From: a virus
Virus record (IMG/VR): IMGVR_UViG_3300000976_000009
Location: 289,144 to 353,143 of that record
Length of the DNA stretch: 64,000 nucleotides
Reading direction: 5' to 3' (one strand)
Part shown: positions 9,667-17,049 of the stretch, piece by piece
How positions within the stretch are numbered: the stretch's first letter is position 1
Layout of the letters: the number at the start of each line of letters is the position of its first letter
Position numbers and translations under genes: made by a program
Notes under the pieces: generated by a model
Database searches by the model: none
Seen by the model: the letters and a program-made list of their open reading frames with translations, nothing else
What the model was told of the DNA's origin: nothing

Positions 9667-9815
9667 AATACAAATATAAGGATAATAATTCATTCCACCA
9701 AATATAACTTGAAGTATTTTTATCTTATATAATATTTGTAAATTAGTTGTGATATTATTTGGTAGTTAGATATATTATCCTTATCTTTACAGAGTCAAAT
9801 TAAAACAATAAAACT

Positions 9816-10070
9816 ATGAGTAATCCAAATTATATTGTCGGTAAATTAAGTATAGCACAAATTACATCTGATAGTTTGTTATATGAAATTGAATTAGCCC
9901 TTAAAGGTCGTGAGGCATTTATTGATAACACACCAATTGAAGAAAAGATTTTTTTAGGTGATGTTTTTCAAGCAATAATTGATGAAGACAAAGTAAGTGC
10001 AAAAGCAATGGGACAACTTGAAACATTAAATAACCAAGTTGTTGAATTTAATTATATTCAGATTATTTAA
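9816..10070 (+). CDS. hypothetical early protein
   Basis: follows a promoter-leader cassette. Confidence 0.75.
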   Translation: MSNPNYIVGKLSIAQITSDSLLYEIELALKGREAFIDNTPIEEKIFLGDVFQAIIDEDKVSAKAMGQLETLNNQVVEFNYIQII

Positions 10071-10146
10071 TTTTGTAAGCATAATATTTGGTTTATTCAG
10101 ATATTATGCTTACCTTTATCAAACGTCAAATTAAATACTATATAAT

Positions 10147-10644
10147 ATGAAAGATTTTCCAACATTTGAAAAAATAGAAACAGGGATTGAATTAAATGAA
10201 GATTTCATTCCTAATTCTAATTTATTATATGATGTTTACCACAATGGTAAAACAACAATAATGGTAAAGCTTCCCGATACACCACAAAATAAAGGTTGTG
10301 TTGGGTATGACATAGCACCAAAAACATTAATTTATGATATGGACAAACCACTTAGTGAATTTACTGGTGATGAGGTTGAAAGTATTTTAGATTACCGTGG
10401 TATGAATGTGGTTGATGATGGATTTGAAGCGGCTGATGTTTTTATGGAAATGTCACACGTAACCCTTAGAGGTATTCAAATTGAGGTAACAATGACTGGT
10501 ACTGCAACTGTTAAATTAGAAGACGGTGAAACGTTAGAAGATTTAACCGAAAGATATGGTGACATATACTTACACGGTGCTGGTGAAAATGGTTATGAAG
10601 ATAAAACTGATTTAGGTGGTGACATTACTATTAAAATAGTTTAA
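10147..10644 (+). CDS. hypothetical acidic early protein
   Basis: follows a cassette. Confidence 0.75.
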   Translation: MKDFPTFEKIETGIELNEDFIPNSNLLYDVYHNGKTTIMVKLPDTPQNKGCVGYDIAPKTLIYDMDKPLSEFTGDEVESILDYRGMNVVDDGFEAADVFMEMSHVTLRGIQIEVTMTGTATVKLEDGETLEDLTERYGDIYLHGAGENGYEDKTDLGGDITIKIV

Positions 10645-10720
10645 AAATAATTCACTTTTTATTTGGTTGTTAACTTATATTGTATTATATTTGTTATGTC
10701 AAATTAAAACAATAGAAATT

Positions 10721-10888
10721 ATGATTAGAGTAGTTATTATGTCGGGAACAGCTTACGGAAAACAAGTAGCTGATATGTCAACAGATTATGATGGTGAAAC
10801 ATTAGCAGATGAAGGTAATGTTGTCATTTATGGTGAGACAGTTGAACAGATTGAAAAGGAAACGGGACTATCTATACAAATGGTATAG
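10721..10888 (+). CDS. hypothetical early protein
   Basis: ATG at 10721 after a cassette. Confidence 0.7.
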   Translation: MIRVVIMSGTAYGKQVADMSTDYDGETLADEGNVVIYGETVEQIEKETGLSIQMV

Positions 10889-10925
10889 TCCCAACCATCA
10901 AACGTCAAATTAAATATTATATAAC

Positions 10926-11405
10926 ATGAATGCATTTCAAATCAATTTACAAACGATTTTATTCTTAACTGATAATTCAGTTTTAGGGGCATATAACGAA
11001 AACAAAAAGATGCTTGTATATAACAAACCACTTTGTCAAGTTGAAACAATGAACCATATTCTAAGTGTTCTAAAGGAGAAAGGAAAAGAAGTTGTATTTA
11101 CATACCAAACTGATTCCTTTGGGGTTAATTTCTACGACCCTAAGAGTGGTGGTACTAGTGTATTCCATGAGGTAAAAGGTACAGTAGTTGAAGGAGCAGA
11201 CCCAATTGAATACAATGATATTATACCTAAAGAAGAATTTAAAGACTTCTTGAAGGATTTAAAAGAGTTGGATGGTGATGCCTATGAAAGTGAGAGTAAA
11301 GATGCGTTTTTAGATTGTTATGAGTATTGGACGGCTAGAGGTCATAATAGATTTTTAGATAAGGTTGAACTAAATAAAATGAGATTAGAAAGAGAAAAAG
11401 CTTAG
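10926..11405 (+). CDS. hypothetical early protein
   Basis: preceded by the leader motif. Confidence 0.75.
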   Translation: MNAFQINLQTILFLTDNSVLGAYNENKKMLVYNKPLCQVETMNHILSVLKEKGKEVVFTYQTDSFGVNFYDPKSGGTSVFHEVKGTVVEGADPIEYNDIIPKEEFKDFLKDLKELDGDAYESESKDAFLDCYEYWTARGHNRFLDKVELNKMRLEREKA

Positions 11406-11469
11406 TAAAAGTTTGGTAGATTAAAAAAGATTACTTATCTTTACAGAGTCAAATTAAAACTAAAACATT

Positions 11470-11736
11470 ATGTCACAAGCAGTACAATACGCACAAGGAT
11501 TTTTTTTACAATTAGATACTCATAGAAGTGGGGAACTATTAAACGCAATGCCAGTACCTACAATGATTACATTATTGAAGTTTGGTAAGCGAATGAGCCA
11601 AGAAGCCCAAGAAGAAGCAATTGAATGCAAACTATTGGGTCGTGAATTAGAAGCAAATGCAACGGCAAAGGATGTTGGAACAATACAAAAGAACTTAAAT
11701 TCATTACAAAAAGCGTATGATTACGCAATGAATTAA
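11470..11736 (+). CDS. hypothetical early protein
   Basis: follows a cassette. Confidence 0.75.
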   Translation: MSQAVQYAQGFFLQLDTHRSGELLNAMPVPTMITLLKFGKRMSQEAQEEAIECKLLGRELEANATAKDVGTIQKNLNSLQKAYDYAMN

Positions 11737-11744
11737 AACCATTG

Positions 11745-11965
11745 AAATAAGATAGTTAAAATAAAATTAATGCGCTACTGACCGAATTAAGTAGGAGGTG
11801 GATGTATAACTAAAGCAGATACAACTGCGACTTATCTTATTTCTTTATCAATTATATGGGTGGCGAGCATAGTGATATGTTTTAATTTGACACCAAAAGC
11901 AAGGACTACGAGAATTTACTTTCGTTATAAAGTCCACACCATTCGAGTACTTGCTTTTATTTTTA
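11745..11965 (+). ncRNA. structured intergenic RNA carrying an anti-leader sequence (strand uncertain)
   Basis: stems 11745-55/11833-43 and 11895-903/11950-58; CATAG..TGTTTTAATTTGACA at 11868-11892. Confidence 0.5.
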
Positions 11966-12011
11966 GTGTGTCACAAATATAGTATAACATTAATAAAACA
12001 ATATAAAATAA

Positions 12012-12200
12012 ATGGCTAAATCAACTGAGGAAATTTGTATCCAGAAAATAGAATCTGGAATAAGAGGAATTAAAAATGGTAGTAAGACACCAAAAGAAGC
12101 AAATTGCGGATTCTTTTTAAATAAACTCAAGCCATTAAATGAGGGTATGTATGACGAATTATTCGATAAGTACGTGAAACTCATGAAAGAAAATAATTAA
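12012..12200 (+). CDS. hypothetical protein
   Basis: 62-aa ORF, A-rich leader. Confidence 0.7.
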   Translation: MAKSTEEICIQKIESGIRGIKNGSKTPKEANCGFFLNKLKPLNEGMYDELFDKYVKLMKENN

Positions 12201-12204
12201 GATA

Positions 12205-12275
12205 TTAGTTCATAGTTTAATTTGACGGTTTAACTATAGCCCCCACGCCTTTGGTAGTGGGGGTTTCTTTGTTTA
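12205..12275 (+). ncRNA. 3'-UTR anti-leader hairpin followed by a terminator
   Basis: CATAGTTTAATTTGAC at 12211-12226, then CCCCCAC..GTGGGGG-TTTCTTT. Confidence 0.5.
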
Positions 12276-12531
12276 TACTAAAAATAAATGAATTAAATGT
12301 TATATAATATTTGGTAGAATGGATTATTATGTTTATATTTGTAATGTCAAATTAAATTAAACATTAGATAAAGATATTGAATGTTTTGGGTGTATGGAAA
12401 AAATGGCACAATGTGATTGTCCCGACTATTGGTATGAGAATTGTGAAAATAATGCTGAATTTAATGAAGAATAAATTTGGATGGTATTAAATATTATCTT
12501 ATATTTGTATTGTCAAATTAAATTAAACATT

Positions 12532-13071
12532 ATGAACAGAGAAAACTTAGCATACATTAGAGAATCTTTAAATGAATTAATAGTAAGCCCAACTATTCAT
12601 ATGAAACCACACAAAGCATATAGATGCATTGCTAATGGTGATGATGTGACTATTAACGGGTTTATTATTAATATGGAAGGCTTTAATTTGTTATTTGAGA
12701 ATGCACATGAACGAATAATGCGACACTTCAATTTAATTGGTCTTATTAAAGATGGTAAACCAGTTAATAAAACTACATTCAAACAAATGGCTAATACTGT
12801 TAAATACGGTAAAGGTGAAAGTAGTTTTTATGTTGCATATTTCTACACTCACCCAAAAGAATGTATGTATAGATTTGCACCTATTTGGGGTGGTGGTTCT
12901 AAAGCAGTACAAATGACTAATTTATATAACGATTTCATTGAATTGGTTAACGGTGATATGACTAATATTGATAACGATAATATTCAATTTGGTAACTGCG
13001 GTTTACCTTTTGGGGGTTACCGAGACCTAGCGACTAGATGGTTAGACCCCAACCCAAAAAGTATTTTATAA
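12532..13071 (+). CDS. hypothetical early protein
   Basis: ATG at 12532 after a cassette. Confidence 0.8.
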   Translation: MNRENLAYIRESLNELIVSPTIHMKPHKAYRCIANGDDVTINGFIINMEGFNLLFENAHERIMRHFNLIGLIKDGKPVNKTTFKQMANTVKYGKGESSFYVAYFYTHPKECMYRFAPIWGGGSKAVQMTNLYNDFIELVNGDMTNIDNDNIQFGNCGLPFGGYRDLATRWLDPNPKSIL

Positions 13072-13145
13072 TAAATGTTATATAATATTTGGTAGATTGA
13101 AATAAATTACTTATCTTTACAGAGTCAAATTAAAACAATAACATT

Positions 13146-13478
13146 ATGAAAAATTATTTATTCGCAGAAGCAGTTAAAGCCGTAATAGTTCAACAAACAA
13201 TTGATTGTGAATTACCTTCGGATATGAATGACTTAGATATTCAAGGAATATTTGAGCAAGCAACCAAAAACCTTAAAACTGATGAGGTTTACAAAAAAGA
13301 ATGTGCAATTCAAAAGTTAGGTGAATATGTTTCAGAAGAAAATGTTAGTGAAGCCTATGAAAAATTGGTAGCCCAAGCTGAAATTAATGACCAAATTCCA
13401 GTTGATAATATTATTACAATGTGGCAACCATTAGAAGATAGATATACTGTTTCACAATTAATTGAAGAAATTAGTTAA
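13146..13478 (+). CDS. hypothetical early protein
   Basis: follows a cassette. Confidence 0.75.
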   Translation: MKNYLFAEAVKAVIVQQTIDCELPSDMNDLDIQGIFEQATKNLKTDEVYKKECAIQKLGEYVSEENVSEAYEKLVAQAEINDQIPVDNIITMWQPLEDRYTVSQLIEEIS

Positions 13479-13488
13479 CTTAAACGCT

Positions 13489-13620
13489 ATGGGAAAGACA
13501 ATTAAATTTCAGACAATACAAGTCACACAGGGTGAAATACAAGATGCAATGAAGCATAGAGTACACAAGTCTAAAAAGACTTACACCCGTAAGACAAAAC
13601 ATAAAGGTAAGGGCTATTAA
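13489..13620 (+). CDS. 43-aa basic protein with an ArfA-like tail
   Basis: own translation: ..VHKSKKTYTRKTKHKGKGY. Confidence 0.55.
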   Translation: MGKTIKFQTIQVTQGEIQDAMKHRVHKSKKTYTRKTKHKGKGY

Positions 13621-13636
13621 GTTCTTACCTTTTTAT
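13603..13636 (+). terminator. intrinsic terminator
   Basis: AAAGGTAAGGGC-TATTAA-GTTCTTACCTTTTT. Confidence 0.7.
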
Positions 13637-13715
13637 TTGTAATAAATGTTATATAATATTTGGTAAATTCAAAAGTAATGCTTATATTTGTATTGTCAAA
13701 TTAAAACAAACAATT

Positions 13716-13973
13716 ATGAAGTACCAACACTTAACAAAGAATTACCGAAATTTAGAAACAGAAATATTAGCATCTTTGAGAGATGAAATAACTAAAAGTT
13801 CTGTTATGTCTAAACACACTGACACACCAGTTATATTAGTTAATGTATTTGATTATACTGAATTAGCCATTATTAATGATAGACCAACGTTTATGGATGC
13901 AAACGGTCAACATTATAGTATTTGGGCTGATTGTACTATTGAAGATTTAATTGATATTCTAAATAAAATATAA
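13716..13973 (+). CDS. hypothetical early protein
   Basis: follows a cassette. Confidence 0.75.
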   Translation: MKYQHLTKNYRNLETEILASLRDEITKSSVMSKHTDTPVILVNVFDYTELAIINDRPTFMDANGQHYSIWADCTIEDLIDILNKI

Positions 13974-13979
13974 GATATT

Positions 13980-14378
13980 ATGTATATTATAGATTTAAAG
14001 GGTAAAGAAATTAAAGTAACTGATTTGCAAGGTGCTATTGAGCAAGCGAAATTATATACAACATTTGGTGATGAAAATTCTAAAAACAATAAGTACTGGA
14101 CACATGCACTAAATGAGTTAATGAAACTTGAAGAACCAAAACCTGTTGAGGTGGAAACGGTTATTAATGGTAAAGAATTACCCCAACCAGTAATTGAGTG
14201 TAGAAAAATATTTACAGATAGTGGAACAAAGGGTTTTATTAAAAATGATAGGACACAACCTTTATATAGTATTCATAGTTGTGCTAGGTCTGAAAGAAAA
14301 TTAAGAGATATTGACATGTTAGAAATTGGTGAAAGTACAAATAATTCGACCCCTACAAAAATAACAAGGGTTTATTAG
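13980..14378 (+). CDS. hypothetical early protein
   Basis: 132-aa ORF. Confidence 0.75.
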   Translation: MYIIDLKGKEIKVTDLQGAIEQAKLYTTFGDENSKNNKYWTHALNELMKLEEPKPVEVETVINGKELPQPVIECRKIFTDSGTKGFIKNDRTQPLYSIHSCARSERKLRDIDMLEIGESTNNSTPTKITRVY

Positions 14379-14431
14379 GAATTGTCAATTATTATTCTTA
14401 TATTTGTATTGTCAAATTAAAACAACCAATT

Positions 14432-14737
14432 ATGAAATTTACAGCAACTAAAACATTCAATTTAGAAGTAATAGGAGATATACATTTCAAGTTTAACAAT
14501 AAAGGTAGAAAACCTAAAGGTAAAGTTATTCTTGTTCAAGATGTGAATATTACTACTATGAGATTAAGTATTACTAAAGAAACTGAAAAAATGTTAATGA
14601 AAGAGATGAAAACGAAAGGCTCTGATTTATTAACAGATGGTAGATTATTTTACACAACATTTGGTGATGCAATAGGTGAAATTAAACACCCACAATTTCA
14701 AAAAGAATTAGAATTACACCAAGAATTATATTCATAA
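14432..14737 (+). CDS. hypothetical early protein
   Basis: follows a cassette. Confidence 0.75.
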   Translation: MKFTATKTFNLEVIGDIHFKFNNKGRKPKGKVILVQDVNITTMRLSITKETEKMLMKEMKTKGSDLLTDGRLFYTTFGDAIGEIKHPQFQKELELHQELYS

Positions 14738-14743
14738 CATGAT

Positions 14744-14882
14744 AAACCATTCGTCTAGGGGTTAGGACATTGCGAAGGGTTGAAACACGGGTTCGAATCC
14801 CGTAATCTAATTTATTAGGTTTCGTCTAGGGGTTAGGGCACAGCGAGCGGCAAAAACACAGGTTCGAATCCTGTATGGTTTA
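14744..14882 (+). ncRNA. two-headed tRNA(Glu)-like RNA without an anticodon
   Basis: two D arms, two TTCGAAT T arms, cross-paired acceptor and anticodon stems. Confidence 0.8.
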
Positions 14883-14909
14883 CAAAAATAATTGATTAAA
14901 TAAAAAATT

Positions 14910-15113
14910 ATGAAAAGATTTATTGTTAGTTTTATTATTAATATAGTTGATGAAGATGGTATTGAAGTCGGTGAAGAAAATATTGATGTAGATATTTTTG
15001 GTACTGATATTAATGATGCAATTGCTAATGCTGATAAAAATATTAGAGAACATAATACAGAATGGGAAGATTTTTCATTTGATGTTTTAGATGTTGAAGA
15101 AATAATTGATTAA
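14910..15113 (+). CDS. small, very acidic protein
   Basis: 67 aa, strongly D/E-rich. Confidence 0.7.
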   Translation: MKRFIVSFIINIVDEDGIEVGEENIDVDIFGTDINDAIANADKNIREHNTEWEDFSFDVLDVEEIID

Positions 15114-15149
15114 AAATTAGGATAATTGAAATAATTTCATTATCTTTAT

Positions 15150-15612
15150 AGTCCGAGACAAAAATATCTAGATAGACCACTAGGAGCCCGTCATAATAGA
15201 GGTAGTAACGGCACCCCAAATAGGGTGATAGAATAAAGTACGCAAGCCAGCAGACGTGCTGGACTAGGTAAGCGGTTGGGTTACTACCAATGTATGTGGG
15301 TTCGAGCCCCATCTATTCTACGATAAGTTTAGGGTACCATACTATAAACCCTACGGTACCAGTAACGCATGCGTGGAGTGTGTGAAGCTGGTACCACTTT
15401 AAAAGCATTGAGAGTGGAGCGAGGGAGTACTGAACTACAGTCTAAATACTGGCTGGGGAAGCGAAACACCCGCCACTCTCAAAAGTATATCTTAGGGCAC
15501 CTTATGTGCACCACAGATAAAAATACAATGCAGCTGGTTACTTCATTGTTTATTGGTTATAGTGCCCCTAGTGTAGTTTTGGTTAGCTGCGATACTAGGG
15601 GCATTTCTTTTT
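15150..15612 (+). ncRNA. ~460-nt structured RNA containing a tRNA-like domain (15230-15320)
   Basis: GC-enriched, upstream TATCTTTA promoter box, many stems, terminal hairpin plus U-tract. Confidence 0.65.
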
Positions 15613-15657
15613 ACAAATAAATTTGGATTATATTAAATATTATAGTATATTTGTTCT

Positions 15658-15813
15658 ATGACAAAGAAAGCACAAGCAAGACTAGCCGAATTAAAGAAGC
15701 AAGAGCGAAGGTTATTCGATACGTACAAAACACGTAGGTCTAAAAAAGATAAAGCCGAGCACCTAGAAGAAATGGCTAAGTGCATACGTGAGCAAATGAT
15801 TTATGAAAAATAA
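15658..15813 (+). CDS. 51-aa basic protein, probably leaderless
   Basis: ATG 4 nt after TATATTTG. Confidence 0.65.
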   Translation: MTKKAQARLAELKKQERRLFDTYKTRRSKKDKAEHLEEMAKCIREQMIYEK

Positions 15814-15876
15814 GTCTTAAATTATTTGGTTATTAACTTATATTGTATTATATTTGTTATGTCAAATTAAAACACT

Positions 15877-16173
15877 ATGGATTACAGAGCAAAGAAATAT
15901 TATCGTAAGCAATTCCAAATATGGAAAGCAAAAGTAAGAGCACATTTACCTACCTTAGCAATTAAGTTTTATGAAGCAAAACTAAATGGGGTAAAGATTG
16001 ATGAACGAACAGAACGTCAATTAGGTAGAGTAATTAACGATATTAATAGCTACGAATACTCATTAGGTATTGATAGTACTAGTGAAATTGGCTTACGTGT
16101 TTTGTTAGAAATTGATGTAACAGAATTATTTGAATTTGTAAATAAAAAACTCCCAACCTTAAATACCATATAG
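15877..16173 (+). CDS. hypothetical early protein
   Basis: follows a cassette. Confidence 0.75.
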   Translation: MDYRAKKYYRKQFQIWKAKVRAHLPTLAIKFYEAKLNGVKIDERTERQLGRVINDINSYEYSLGIDSTSEIGLRVLLEIDVTELFEFVNKKLPTLNTI

Positions 16174-16174
16174 T

Positions 16175-16354
16175 ATGAGCCATATTAATGAAGATTGTGA
16201 GAATATAGGGATATACGGAAAGAACAAGGACGGAACCCAAAGAGAATGTGGTGATATGTTTGACTGCTGTGATTGTGGCAACACAGAAGACGGTTGTGGT
16301 TGTTCATATTGTTTTAGTTGCAATGCTTGTGAGACGTGTACTGATGTTGATTAA
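16175..16354 (+). CDS. 59-aa Cys-rich peptide (11 Cys)
   Basis: own translation; starts 2 nt after the previous stop. Confidence 0.65.
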   Translation: MSHINEDCENIGIYGKNKDGTQRECGDMFDCCDCGNTEDGCGCSYCFSCNACETCTDVD

Positions 16355-16455
16355 GTACACATTTGCATAGGTGCGTAAAAGAAATATAGTATAATATTTG
16401 GTAAATTCAATTATTATGTTTATATTTGTATTGTCAAATTAAAACAATAGAAACT

Positions 16456-16806
16456 ATGGCTAAGAAAACATACAAAGAAATTAAACACGTACAATTCTAT
16501 AAAGATAAGTCGTGCAAAATAATTAACGGTGGTGCAGTACACGACCTTAGAGTATTCCCAAAATTTAAAGCACAAGTGATTAATGCTTACGGTGGTGTGT
16601 TCGGAATGGCTCACAAGAGCAATAAGAATGTCGTTAGTAAGGTTGTAACGTGTCACGTTAACGGTAGAAGTGAATACTATTACCAATTAGTTGTTGAGGG
16701 TGTTGTTGCTTATTTTAAATTACTTAACACAAACCTTTATGATTTCGATTCATTAAAAGAATGTATTGAGTATGATGAGGTAAAATTTGAAGAGTATGAA
16801 GGATAA
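16456..16806 (+). CDS. hypothetical early protein
   Basis: ATG at 16456 after a cassette. Confidence 0.75.
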   Translation: MAKKTYKEIKHVQFYKDKSCKIINGGAVHDLRVFPKFKAQVINAYGGVFGMAHKSNKNVVSKVVTCHVNGRSEYYYQLVVEGVVAYFKLLNTNLYDFDSLKECIEYDEVKFEEYEG

Positions 16807-16981
16807 AACACCACCAATAAAAGACTGGACTAACGAAAGAGTTAATAAAATATTCGACTACCATTTAGATGATATGCACCCACTTGACCGATTAACAGCA
16901 AGTGACAAATATACTACGGTAGAACAAAAAAGAAATTTTTTAATTGAAGAAGAAAAAAAGTTTGTAGAAAGTTTCAAATAA
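16796..16981 (+). CDS. hypothetical protein
   Basis: overlapping start. Confidence 0.65.
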   Translation: MKDKTPPIKDWTNERVNKIFDYHLDDMHPLDRLTASDKYTTVEQKRNFLIEEEKKFVESFK

Positions 16982-17049
16982 ATTTGGTAAAACCATAAAT
17001 GTTTATTATATTTGTAATGTCAAATTAATAATAACAAAAACAAAAAACT

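Larger units (their letters stand above)
8356..17030 (+). promoter_or_regulatory. array of Bacteroidota-type promoters with shared +1 leader GTCAAATTAA
   Basis: motif G at 8406, 9292, 9794, 10125, 10698, 10904 (no promoter), 11448, 12346, 12512, 13124, 13695, 14411, 15861, 16433, 17019. Confidence 0.9.

Noticed and set aside
11765-11830. Twister ribozyme
   Set aside because: UAAUGC..GCAGA resembles it, but the conserved L4 AAGC pseudoknot element is missing
14744-14882. Two ordinary or intron-containing tRNA-Glu genes
   Set aside because: Each anticodon region is 13 nt and not self-complementary, and no splice of GAAGG/GAGCG yields a U33-containing anticodon loop
15230-15320. Functional tRNA-Val(UAC)
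   Set aside because: Bulged acceptor, D-loop insertion, G32 and U37 are non-canonical; reported as tRNA-like instead
15428-15470. Hammerhead ribozyme
   Set aside because: CUGA..GAAAC is present, but the core reads CUGAACU rather than CUGANGA and the stems do not fit
15043-15620. ORFs 15043-15312 (-) and 15369-15620 (+)
   Set aside because: Atypical composition, no A-rich leader, and they overlap structured RNA
8356-17030. CRISPR array or integron attC array
   Set aside because: The repeats are promoters separated by whole genes, are not palindromic, and there is no cas or integrase gene in the window
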